From the NCBI GenBank assembly GCA_033764315.1, contig JANRJA010000126.1:1-51068 (forward strand): DNA of 51,068 bases, written 5' to 3'. A model generated the notes under the pieces. The model did not search any database. It saw only the letters and a list, made by a program, of their open reading frames with translations, and had not been told where the DNA came from. Of the stretch, positions 12,105 to 21,078 are shown in pieces (the stretch's first letter is position 1; every line of letters starts with the position of its first letter). This DNA comes from Oculatellaceae cyanobacterium bins.114. Its GTDB lineage: Bacteria; Cyanobacteriota; Cyanobacteriia; Elainellales; Elainellaceae. A program made the translations under genes and the position numbers.

Positions 12105-12368
12105 GGCTACCGTGTACACACAAGTTTTCTCAGCCTCCTAAATTCCCTAACCTTAGGGGACTTTGAGCCTTTGCCAAGGGTCTTGCCCCCACCCAAAACA
12201 CCCGGACTTGGAACCGATGCGAAGCGCGTCTTTGGGTAAACCAAAACACTATCTGCTAGGGGGTTTGGGGGAGGCAGTGGCGTCCCCCAATGGGGGTTTG
12301 GGGGAAACTCCCCCAATGCCTGGTTCTCAAACTCATTGAAGAAACAGAGATCTGTATACACGGTAGCC
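12105..12368. mobile_element. MITE-like element with 16-bp terminal inverted repeats and nested REP-like palindromes
   Basis: Ends ggctaccgtgtacaca (12105-12120) and tgtatacacggtagcc (12353-12368) match 15/16 as inverted repeats. The interior has G/C-rich hairpins. Confidence 0.7.
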
Positions 12369-12502
12369 TACCCTGGGAGAGGATTGGGGTGAGGGCAGTT
12401 TGGGAAAGTTGCATAGGGGGTTGCTATCTCGACATCACCCAGGAAATCAACCCAGGAAAATCCCTCTCCAGCCGCATCGATCGCACCTTTTCAATTTGAG
12501 AT

Positions 12503-12605
12503 TTAGCGTATATAGTGTTTACTTCAGAAGCTATATGCGCTCAAAGCACTAGATCTGAGGTTAAACCCCTTCAGACCTCGCCTACCCCAACGCAAGATAT
12601 CATCC
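12503..12605. promoter_or_regulatory. Candidate NrdR boxes upstream of nrdJ
   Basis: Partial matches to acaCwAtATaTwGtgt at 12503 (ttagcgtatatagtgt), 12546 (gcactagatctgaggt) and 12590 (acgcaagatatcatcc). Confidence 0.45.
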
Positions 12606-12606
12606 T

Positions 12607-14781
12607 ATGGTTCAAAACATCGAACGCACCCGCCAAACGAGTCCATTTCCAGAGGCTGCTCCTGCGGCTAACCCCGTGTTTTATCGAACCTATAGCCGTC
12701 GCGGAGAAAAAACGGCAGGTCTGCGAGAAACCTGGGATGAAGTGTGCGATCGCACCCTGCAAGGCATTATCGAATTGGGCAAACTCACCCCCAGTGAAAC
12801 CGCTCTAGTTGGCCGGATGCAACGCCAAGTTAAAAGCCTACCCTCGGGTCGCTGGCTGTGGGTGGGAGGCACGAGTTGGATCACCAAACCCGAAAACTTT
12901 TCAGGAGCCTATAACTGCACCAGCACTAACGTTGTGGACTGGCGTGCTTTTGGGTTAATGATGGATCTGGCAATGATGGGGTGTGGCACAGGTGCAGTTT
13001 TAGAACCGAAGTACATCAATCAATTGCCTGTCATTCGCAATCGTCTTGCTATCAATTTGGTTAGCGAGATTGGCACCACCCCCGTAGCAGAACGGCACGA
13101 CCTCACCGAAGCAGCGATCGATGGCAATCAAGTCACCATTCGGGTAGGTGACAGCCGTCAGGGTTGGGTCAAGTCCTATCAGACGTTGTTAGAGCTGTCT
13201 ACCGATGAGCGGTTTGAGGGCGATGTGCAAGTGGCGATCGACCTTGGCGACGTGCGACCTGCGGGTGAGCGACTCAAGGGGTTTGGTGGTGTAGCAAACC
13301 CAATTCGTCTGCCAGGGTTGTATGAGCGGTGCGCTGCCATTCTCAATAAGGCGTTGGGGCGACGGTTAAACTCTGTGGAATGTTGTCTGCTGATCGATGA
13401 AGCCGCTGCCTGTGTTGTGGCTGGAAACATCCGGCGCAGTGCGGGAATGCGTCAGTTTGATAGCGAAGACGCTCTGGCAGCTAACGCTAAAGATAACCTC
13501 TGGATGCAAGATGGCGAAGGTAACTGGCGCATCGATCCTGAACGCGATGCCCTGCGGATGGCAAACCATACTCGGGTGTTTCACCGCAAACCCACCTTGG
13601 AGGAATGCACCGACGCTGTACGGAAGCAATTTTATTCGGGTGAAGGGGCAATCCAATGGGCAGGAGAAGCAGAACGTCGCGCCCAAGGTGAAGGACGCTA
13701 TGGTCTAAATCCTTGCGGAGAAATTATTGGAGAAAACTTCCACTGCAATCTGGCAGAAGTTCATCTGAACCAACTCAACCCCCATGATTTTAGAGAGCAA
13801 GAAGAAGCGTTTACCGCGGGAGCATTGACGGTGGCGGCGTTGCTCAATCACCAGTTTATGGAGCCACGCTATCAACACTCCCGCGCCGAAGACCCGATTG
13901 TGGGTGTGTCGTTTACCGGGTTGTTTGACTTCTTTGTGAATGCTTTTGGGGTAGAGTGGTTGCGTTGGTGGCAACAGGGTCGTCCTGATACGGTGACAGG
14001 GTTAGAGTTTAAGCAACGAGAGCAACAGTACCTGAGCTATTGGAAAGAAGTCGTTCATCGGGTTGTGTGGGAATATTGCGATCGCCACAATATCAAGCGT
14101 CCCAATCGTTGCACCACCGTTCAGCCCGCTGGCACCAAATCGTTGTTAACCGGAGCCAGCCCTGGTTGGCATCCACCCAAGGCACAACGGTTCATTCGTC
14201 GCATTACCTTCCGCAAAAATGATCCTGTGGCTCTCGCTTGCAAGGAGTATGGCTACAATATTGTGCCATCTCAATCAGACAAAGACGACAACGGCAATCT
14301 GTTGAATGATCCGTTTGATCCACGATGCACAGAATGGCTAGTAGAAATTCCAGTGGAAGTGCCCTGGGCCAACCTGGCTGGAGCCGATGAGGTTGAGATT
14401 GAGAAATTCTCAGCACTCGCCCAGTTTGACTTCTACATGCAAGTGCAGAAATATTACACGGCTCACAACACCAGTGCCACCATCGAACTCTATGAAGAAG
14501 AGATTGATCTACTGGCAACCCGTATTCACGAGGCGATCGCCAATGATGAGGGTTACATTAGTGCGGCTCTGTTAGCTCGGTTTAATGCTCCTTTTCCACG
14601 GTTGCCGTTTGAGAAGATTGACCGCTCGACCTTTGTCCAACTGCAACGTGATGTCGCAGCCCGACAAGTCACCAATGATTTTTATGGAGCCTTAGCTCGC
14701 TATGACTCTGGTGAATCAACGGTTGAAGGTCCTGCTGGGTGTGATAGCGACAAGTGCATGTTGCCAGAGAAACAGGGGTGA
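12607..14781 (+). CDS. nrdJ: Adenosylcobalamin-dependent ribonucleoside-triphosphate reductase (class II)
   Basis: 'NPVFYRTYSRR', 'PSGRWLWVGG', 'AYNCTS', 'VVAGNIRRSA', 'GLNPCGEI', 'TTVQPAGTKS' and C-terminal 'CDSDKC'. Confidence 0.96.
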   Translation: MVQNIERTRQTSPFPEAAPAANPVFYRTYSRRGEKTAGLRETWDEVCDRTLQGIIELGKLTPSETALVGRMQRQVKSLPSGRWLWVGGTSWITKPENFSGAYNCTSTNVVDWRAFGLMMDLAMMGCGTGAVLEPKYINQLPVIRNRLAINLVSEIGTTPVAERHDLTEAAIDGNQVTIRVGDSRQGWVKSYQTLLELSTDERFEGDVQVAIDLGDVRPAGERLKGFGGVANPIRLPGLYERCAAILNKALGRRLNSVECCLLIDEAAACVVAGNIRRSAGMRQFDSEDALAANAKDNLWMQDGEGNWRIDPERDALRMANHTRVFHRKPTLEECTDAVRKQFYSGEGAIQWAGEAERRAQGEGRYGLNPCGEIIGENFHCNLAEVHLNQLNPHDFREQEEAFTAGALTVAALLNHQFMEPRYQHSRAEDPIVGVSFTGLFDFFVNAFGVEWLRWWQQGRPDTVTGLEFKQREQQYLSYWKEVVHRVVWEYCDRHNIKRPNRCTTVQPAGTKSLLTGASPGWHPPKAQRFIRRITFRKNDPVALACKEYGYNIVPSQSDKDDNGNLLNDPFDPRCTEWLVEIPVEVPWANLAGADEVEIEKFSALAQFDFYMQVQKYYTAHNTSATIELYEEEIDLLATRIHEAIANDEGYISAALLARFNAPFPRLPFEKIDRSTFVQLQRDVAARQVTNDFYGALARYDSGESTVEGPAGCDSDKCMLPEKQG

Positions 14782-14950
14782 TAGACGAGACAGAGGGTAG
14801 CAGGCAGAAGGGGTAATGAGAATAACGGATTTCTTTTTTTCCTTGCCCCTAACCCGATGCACGATTGGCAGTTAACCGCTGCCTCCCTCTCGACTCAACA
14901 ATCACGCTAAAATCAGGCAAGCGCGATGCAGTATTCTGAGGAGTTTTGCG

Positions 14951-15169
14951 ATGTTTCTGGATGAACTCACACCATTAGTCAAAGAGTTGACAGCAAATCC
15001 CGTTGCCTTTTTGGGTGGTTTTTTCTCTGGAGTATTTCGTTTGAGCCTAGGGGATGACCCCGTTAAAAGTTGGCTTGATCAAAACATAGGTGGTGGCTCA
15101 TATGCTACGACTCCCACAACAACGTTGAATGGCAATAACGGTGGTCCTCAGTCGATCTCAATTGAATAG
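14951..15169 (+). CDS. Conserved small cyanobacterial hypothetical protein
   Basis: 72 aa, 'MFLDEL.P...P.AFLGGF.SG...L...DPVKSWL...GPQSISIE'; gagg RBS upstream. Confidence 0.75.
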   Translation: MFLDELTPLVKELTANPVAFLGGFFSGVFRLSLGDDPVKSWLDQNIGGGSYATTPTTTLNGNNGGPQSISIE

Positions 15170-15178
15170 ACAAGGTTA

Positions 15179-15286
15179 TATAGCAGCCCTCAATCGTTTG
15201 TAAGATTAGGGAGTTGTAAGAAGCGCACCCCGTTGAGGATTGTTATAGCAGCCCTCAATGGGTGGCGAGATAAGAGGGCTGCTATA
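15179..15286. mobile_element. Two abutting TATA-bounded MITE-like elements
   Basis: tatagcagccctcaat...ttgaggattgttata (15179-15247) and tatagcagccctc...gagggctgctata (15244-15286) share a TATA. Homologous to the element at 50925-51017. Confidence 0.65.
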
Positions 15287-15375
15287 TAATATGACTGATA
15301 ATTAATGCTCTACTTTAAGGGTGAGGATATCCCTAGCCTTTTGAGTGAGTCATTCCTTTTTTTGATCCCAAATCA

Positions 15376-15816
15376 ATGCCAGCCAGGTTGCAAATCAAAG
15401 CAGAAGACTGTTCCCCATTGGGGCGATTCATTCTTCAATATCTTGAAGAACAGGGGATCAGTATGAATCGTCTGGCTGAGTTGTCGGGCGTTCCTCAACC
15501 ACGACTGCGGGGAGCTTGCTTTAAGGGCACTTGCCCCACTCCTGAAACCTTGAGAAAGTTGGCTAGAGTGATGGGAAAACATCACTTAGAGTTATATACC
15601 CTAGCCTATGAAGGAAGGGTTGACCATCTTCCAGAAGATGCGGATGAAACCTCTCTGGATCTGTTAATGCGAGAACTATTTGAAGCGGTTAGAGAACTTG
15701 GCTTAGCCGTCCCAAAGACCCGTCCCTCCAAAGCCAAAATCCGAAAAGCCCTGTTAGAGCTAGGCTTTCGTGAAGAAAATAAAGAAAGTGTTGGCGATCG
15801 CTTTGAGGTTAGCTAA
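15376..15816 (+). CDS. XRE-family helix-turn-helix regulator
   Basis: 'EEQGISMNRLAELSGVPQPRLR...PTPETLRKLARVMG' is an XRE-type HTH. Confidence 0.8.
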   Translation: MPARLQIKAEDCSPLGRFILQYLEEQGISMNRLAELSGVPQPRLRGACFKGTCPTPETLRKLARVMGKHHLELYTLAYEGRVDHLPEDADETSLDLLMRELFEAVRELGLAVPKTRPSKAKIRKALLELGFREENKESVGDRFEVS

Positions 15817-15834
15817 AACCTGGTTGCTCAAGTC

Positions 15835-16009
15835 TAATTACAAAAAAGAGCCTAGCGAATAAATTCGCAGCTATCAGAGCGAAGTTCGCCTTCGCGAACT
15901 TTGGAGAATCAAGGGTTGAGCGAACCGACGCAGGTCGGTTTTGCTCCTGTAGTTGCGGTTTCAACCGCCAAAATCCTTGTCCCGAATTCACGTTAATTAC
16001 AAAAAAGAG
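15835..16009. mobile_element. 143-bp palindromic REP/SDR-like insertion flanked by a 16-bp direct repeat
   Basis: taattacaaaaaagag occurs at 15835-15850 and 15994-16009. The interior contains gcgaataaattcgc, agttcgccttcgcgaact, aaccgacgcaggtcggtt and gcggtttcaaccgc. Confidence 0.65.
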
Positions 16010-16040
16010 TCTGCCCTAGATTGAATAGCGCAGACTCTTT
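16001..16040 (-). terminator. Terminator hairpin between convergent XRE gene and cpcG
   Basis: Stem aaagagtctgc...gcagactcttt with an adjacent A6 run on the plus strand. Confidence 0.55.
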
Positions 16041-16189
16041 ATGGTTTGAAAAACTGGTAATCCTCCACAAGTAAGGGTGTACCACGCTGCGCACGGCACA
16101 AAAACCATTACTTTTAGAGCACTACCGAAAAACTCAACTGAGTCAAGGTTGGGTTGGGTTTTGTGGGCACTCCACCCAACTCCTATGAC

Positions 16190-16942
16190 TTACTTGCGAT
16201 AGGGCACTGATTTCTCGAAATCGATATTCAGTGCTGAGATCCGCTGAGGTGGATTGCTTCTGGGGTTAATGCTCCGTGCCATATCCAAGAACTGGGATGG
16301 ATTGCCTGCTTTAGCTTGCTTCTCTTGAGGAGCAAAGCGGCGAACAGTGGTTTGCCAGATCACTTGTGGGAAGCCAAACTTACCACGATAGTATTCATCG
16401 TAGCGAGGAGACTTGATGTTAAATGGCAGTTCACCCTCGGCTCGGCTGGGCAGCACCCGACGACGCTGATAAGGAACGATGTCATACCCAAAAGCATCCA
16501 AATATTCTTGGCTATTAAGGAGGTCATCTATAAAGCCAACAATCCCTTTTGTTGCCACCACGATGGACCAGGCAATCTTTTCACGTTCGCTATAGACGTC
16601 ACGCCCTAATACTCGTTGAACAGTTTGCTCAACAAAGCGGTAGTTGTTGTTGAGGTCATAAAAACTGCGTCGATAAGTATCAGAGAGTACTAAACCCCGA
16701 ATGAAATCGCGGACAGTAATTTGACCACTGCGGAGTTGAGACTCTAAGAACCGCTCACGATCAGCTGCAAAAGCATGGAAAAAGATCTGACGGTAGGCGG
16801 CTTCAATCAAAACGTCCAGGTCTGAAGGGGAAAGCAGATTGTCTGTAGAGAAAACTCTGGGTTGCTCTTCTCCAGGAACCTCGTAACTTGCTACACGCTG
16901 ATTTTGGCTAACAGGGGAATATTCTAAAAGAGGAATTGCCAC
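16190..16942 (-). CDS. cpcG: Phycobilisome rod-core linker polypeptide
   Basis: '[17 protein letters not shown]', '[10 protein letters not shown]', '[19 protein letters not shown]', 'VPYQRRR'; hydrophilic C-terminus (CpcG rather than CpcL). Confidence 0.93.
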   Translation of the reverse strand: MAIPLLEYSPVSQNQRVASYEVPGEEQPRVFSTDNLLSPSDLDVLIEAAYRQIFFHAFAADRERFLESQLRSGQITVRDFIRGLVLSDTYRRSFYDLNNNYRFVEQTVQRVLGRDVYSEREKIAWSIVVATKGIVGFIDDLLNSQEYLDAFGYDIVPYQRRRVLPSRAEGELPFNIKSPRYDEYYRGKFGFPQVIWQTTVRRFAPQEKQAKAGNPSQFLDMARSINPRSNPPQRISALNIDFEKSVPYRK

Positions 16943-17188
16943 GCCTGAAAATCTCCCTTTTCTTTACGAAATCTTACAAAAGATACTCATAATCATATAG
17001 GGATGAGTGCAGCATTATTCGATGTAGTCTGATAAAAATTACATAACTTAATCTGACCAGAGTGGATAGCGGATGTTGCTGAAAGGCTTTCCAGAAGGAG
17101 GGTTTTTGCTATTAGCGCAGGGCTGGTTTGATGCGGCATCTTCTCACGGTTGATGCGAAACATAGATAGAAGTTAAGTGAGTGTTACA

Positions 17189-17758
17189 TTACAGACTCAT
17201 TTGCCCTTGTCCGCGCCAAAATGCCAGCGGATCGGATGTAGGGATGCAAGGCGGATGAAATCGTAGGTTTTCTTCCATGCCTGGTTGATAAGACGGTGGG
17301 GGAATAGCTAAGCCCAAACAGAGGTGAGTGAGCGATCGCGCAAACGACGGATGATGTCCAGGAAACCCCGCATGAGCATGGGCATATTCGTGTGCCACAA
17401 CCAGCAGCCAATCATAGGGCATCAACCGCCCCACATCCACCAAGATCGAGATGGGTCGGGTCTGAAAATTGCAGAGTGCATCTAGCCCAAATGATTGAGC
17501 TAGAGGAGCCGCAAAAATTTGAATGGCAGGCTGTTCCCAGGGGTGAAAACAATCGTGACACTGTTGCAGGTAGGTGTTGAGCTGGGTATTGACTGCATCA
17601 ACGTGTTGGCTGATCCAATTACAAATCGGAATACGGTGCTCCAGGTCATAAACCACATCAACCATCTCTGGCTCTAACGCCAGACTACGCACTCCGTAGA
17701 GGTAATCCAGTCCACGAGTCACTGGATCGGTGCTAGTTGTAATGATTAATGAGTTCAC
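17189..17758 (-). CDS. Hypothetical protein with a zincin-like HExxH motif (start uncertain; frame is open to 17806)
   Basis: 'VVAHEYAHAHAG..GHH..F' resembles SprT/zincin motifs. Confidence 0.65.
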   Translation of the reverse strand: MNSLIITTSTDPVTRGLDYLYGVRSLALEPEMVDVVYDLEHRIPICNWISQHVDAVNTQLNTYLQQCHDCFHPWEQPAIQIFAAPLAQSFGLDALCNFQTRPISILVDVGRLMPYDWLLVVAHEYAHAHAGFPGHHPSFARSLTHLCLGLAIPPPSYQPGMEENLRFHPPCIPTSDPLAFWRGQGQMSL

Positions 17759-17846
17759 CCAAAGAGTACCGACAGAAGAAGGCTGACAGACAATCACTAA
17801 TAACAATCACACTGACAAAACTTACCAGAAATCGCAGTGTGGCTTG

Positions 17847-18476
17847 CTACCAACCCAAAAAGGAGAAGTATGGGGTGGGTTTAACAGGAGCCTTTGATGG
17901 ATCAGAGGTCAGGGGACGATCAACCCCCTCTGGCGCAGAGGCAGATTCTGACGAGTCATCAATGCGAAATTCAGTACAGAAAGTGGCAGTCGTGAACCCC
18001 CCAAAGCGTTTTACAGTACTGGTTCGCATTCTCAGACTGGGGTTGGGAAACCAGAATCGCTCAATCGAACTCATGGTCTCATACTCCGTGGTGAGCACCA
18101 ATGCATTTTCATCGTCCATATGATATTGACCCGCCACTGGAACGATTTCTGCATAGCCTCGTTCTCGTAGCAGAGTTCCTTGCTGGGGGTGGTCAGCATT
18201 GGGAATCAGGGCAAAAATGGTCGATCCTTCGTGGTTGTCATCGTCTCTGTCCCAACCCATTGCTCCTTTCCAGGAGACAAAGGCTCCGCCGATCGCCCGC
18301 TGCGGATCAACCTCATGAAGCTGGCAGATCTCAATGACTTTGGCATTATCAGCAGCGAGTGCCTCAACCCGAATCTCGGATGTGCCTGCTTCAGCACGCC
18401 TGAAAGCGAGGTGATGGGTCGTCCGTTGCGATCGCCATTTCCCCGTACTCAGTTGAAAAAACTCCATTACATCCAT
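17847..18476 (-). CDS. cpcS: Phycobiliprotein lyase, CpcS/CpeS family
   Basis: 'MDVMEFFQLSTGKWRSQRTTHHLAFRRAE', 'LLRERGYAE', 'ERFWF', 'TATFCTE'. Confidence 0.9.
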   Translation of the reverse strand: MDVMEFFQLSTGKWRSQRTTHHLAFRRAEAGTSEIRVEALAADNAKVIEICQLHEVDPQRAIGGAFVSWKGAMGWDRDDDNHEGSTIFALIPNADHPQQGTLLRERGYAEIVPVAGQYHMDDENALVLTTEYETMSSIERFWFPNPSLRMRTSTVKRFGGFTTATFCTEFRIDDSSESASAPEGVDRPLTSDPSKAPVKPTPYFSFLGW

Positions 18477-18948
18477 CGATTGCAACCTAACTTCAAACGA
18501 CAACAGCTTTATGGGTTACACCAGCCTGTGCTGGCAGCAAAATCGGCACTTGAGGTGAACCTATCTTTACGCGATGTGCAACTGAGAGGTTTAGATCCCT
18601 GGTTGCTTGTTCAGCATCCTCAAAGTAGTCTGATTTGCGTCACAGCAACCGAGGATCTGGGGAAAGTCGCACACGGGGTTATCTTTATCTCTTTTCTTTA
18701 ATCTATTGTAGGACTGCAAGAGCCATCCTCATATTTTTGCACATTAACATCGGCGAGATGGGTGGTTGGCATTTAAAAGGGTGGCTTAAAAGTTTAGATT
18801 TGGGTCTGCAATGGTGGACTTGGTTTTTGGGTCGCGGTTTTAACCGCCAAAAACTTCTCAAACATCCTCTAAAATTGTTGCAGCAATATATGACAATCCC
18901 AAATGGGTTGCTATATTAGCCCTATTTGATTGATCAAAAAATGAAGCT

Positions 18949-19665
18949 ATGGAACTATTCAAATTTGCCCTGGGTCCCTATGAGTTCTTTGCTTCAATTA
19001 TTGGCGGTGCCCCGTTGATATTAGCCATATTTTTAATTTACAATCCGGCGATTAGCTTTCAAGAGCTAAGCTTAATCATTCAAGGCAATTCCTCAATTCA
19101 AGTAGTCATCATACTGTCGTTCTTTAGCTATCTCTTAGGTGGTTTAGTACAAGGGATCACATGGAGATTTTTTTTGATGTTATGCAAGATCTTTAATCAA
19201 GACTTGCATTACTTTAAGAACCATATGATTTTAGAAAGGAGCCAAGCACTGCAAGAGAAGGGTGATGATCTCGATCCTAAAATGCTTGAATTTGAAGATC
19301 GGTTAGTTCTTCTGTTGCGAGAGAAGGTAGGCATTCCCAAGAATATAGATTGGATCTATTCCAGGCTTCATTCCTATTTAAAAGAGAACAATAGACCTTC
19401 TGTTGTCACCGCAGACCTGTATCAAGCAACTCATATCATGTACAGGAATATCTCTTTTGGGTTACTGCTAGTCAGTGTAGTAATTTTAGTAAATCTACTT
19501 CGATTAAAAGTCTTATTCTTTGAGCAGTTAGCTCTGTTTTTGATGTTTATCACACTGTCTTATATTTCTTTTTTACGGTCATCATCATTCAAACGATGGT
19601 ATTCAAGAGAAGTTTTGCTGGGCTTTTATTTTGCGGCTTCGAGTGATCGATCAAGTGGTGAATAA
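18949..19665 (+). CDS. Hypothetical membrane protein (about 4 TM segments, soluble middle domain)
   Basis: 238-aa AT-rich ORF with two hydrophobic segments at each end. Confidence 0.7.
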   Translation: MELFKFALGPYEFFASIIGGAPLILAIFLIYNPAISFQELSLIIQGNSSIQVVIILSFFSYLLGGLVQGITWRFFLMLCKIFNQDLHYFKNHMILERSQALQEKGDDLDPKMLEFEDRLVLLLREKVGIPKNIDWIYSRLHSYLKENNRPSVVTADLYQATHIMYRNISFGLLLVSVVILVNLLRLKVLFFEQLALFLMFITLSYISFLRSSSFKRWYSREVLLGFYFAASSDRSSGE

Positions 19666-19776
19666 AGGGGTGAATCAGTCAAAAGATGCTTAAAAATCTC
19701 CAGTAAAAACACTCTTTTTATGGGTGTATGCCACACTGTTCTTTTACTTTGCCTACTCAACTAAACCATCAACAGG

Positions 19777-19800
19777 ACAGATACGATTCATCGCGTCTCT
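19777..19800. repeat. Short palindromic dispersed repeat (same family as the mutS insertions)
   Basis: acagatacgattcatcgcgtctct compared with the mutS unit consensus acagacgcgattaatcgcgtctct. Confidence 0.6.
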
Positions 19801-20284
19801 CTGGTTAAATCTCGTGGATCAAGAATAGACTCTCACTCTGCCAGTTTGCGTTCAACGGCTGTGAAGAGTTCATCAAAGCCGGATGCGGTGTGCAGGTCTG
19901 GAGTGAGAGTGTTCATGTCTTTGAGGATGTCGATCAGTCCGGCGATCGCTCCATCCCTCCCATCGCTCCGCTATTCCAGCTTGGTCACTATTCTATCTAT
20001 ACAAACAAACCTGAACAAAGGTGGACGATCTTGAACACGGGCTGAACAATTCCTGTGGGAGGGTGAGAACGTGGGAGGGTGCGATCGCCCTTCTGATTGA
20101 TGAAGATGGAGACAACAGCACGAATCATTGAGTTTCTGATTTCGCAGATCTCCCAACGAGAGTTGGCAATTGCCCTCCAAGCCTCATCATTTACCCGATA
20201 ATGTTACGCAAAGGGTTAGCCCAAGCTTCTATTGCTGCATCTGGGACAATCTAAGACATAGTTTGAAGGAATCTGTGATCTGCC

Positions 20285-20632
20285 GTGTCAGAACCACTGA
20301 CCACTGAGTTGCAAGCCATTATGAGCGATCGCTGCCATGTGACGCGATCGCAGATCATTGAGTTCTGTCACCGATGGCATGTGATTGAATTTGCCGTGTT
20401 TGGCTCTGTCTTGCGTGATGACTTTCGAGATGACAGCGACATTGATATTTTAGTCACCCTCGCTCCTGATCATGGTTTAAGTCTGTTTGATTGGATCGAC
20501 ATGCAGCAAGAACTAGAAACCCTGTTCCACCGGGATGTCGATTTGGTAGATAAACGCGGGCTAAAAAACCCTTACCGTCGCTCAGAAATTTTGAACACTC
20601 ATCAAATCATCTATGCAAGCGAACAATCGTGA
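20285..20632 (+). CDS. Minimal nucleotidyltransferase antitoxin (MntA-like)
   Basis: 'FGSVLRDDFRDDSDIDILV' (GSx10DxD) and 'RDVDLV'. Confidence 0.9.
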   Translation: MSEPLTTELQAIMSDRCHVTRSQIIEFCHRWHVIEFAVFGSVLRDDFRDDSDIDILVTLAPDHGLSLFDWIDMQQELETLFHRDVDLVDKRGLKNPYRRSEILNTHQIIYASEQS

Positions 20633-20972
20633 CGCTGCCTCCATTTGGGATATGGTGCAAGCCATTCGTCGAATTCAAGAATTCACCACTGGTTTAACGT
20701 CTGATGACTATGAGGCAAGCATCCTGATTCAAAGTGCCGTAGAAAGACAACTCGAAATTCTGGGAGAAGCCGCAGGTCGGGTTTCCGATGCCTTCCGACT
20801 AGCTCATCCAGAGATTGACTGGCGCAGAACCGTTGGCTTGCGAAATATTATCATTCACCGCTACGACGAAATTCAGCAAGACATCATCTGGAACATCATC
20901 ACTACAGAACTAGCCACTCTTCTGACACAGCTAGAATTTCTGTTGCCCCCGTTACCAGAGGATTGGCCATAA
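20613..20972 (+). CDS. HEPN/DUF86 RNase toxin (HepT-like)
   Basis: 'AVERQLEILGEAA' and 'GLRNIIIHRYD' (Rx4HxY); overlaps the MNT gene. Confidence 0.9.
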   Translation: MQANNRDAASIWDMVQAIRRIQEFTTGLTSDDYEASILIQSAVERQLEILGEAAGRVSDAFRLAHPEIDWRRTVGLRNIIIHRYDEIQQDIIWNIITTELATLLTQLEFLLPPLPEDWP

Positions 20973-21078
20973 AAGATGTGATGTCTGAATGCAACTGTCA
21001 TCCTCTGCATCAGCCTTGTAGTCAGGCGATTCCTGCAGAGAGCTATGCTGACGCCCTCTAACCTCCACTTTTCAACTC

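Noticed and set aside
12039-12499. Short ORFs of 66, 84 and 69 aa
   Set aside because: They are translations of the REP/MITE mosaic.
12370-12606. Cobalamin riboswitch upstream of nrdJ
   Set aside because: No B12-box or AGGGAA...GCCCCCGC-type motifs were seen.
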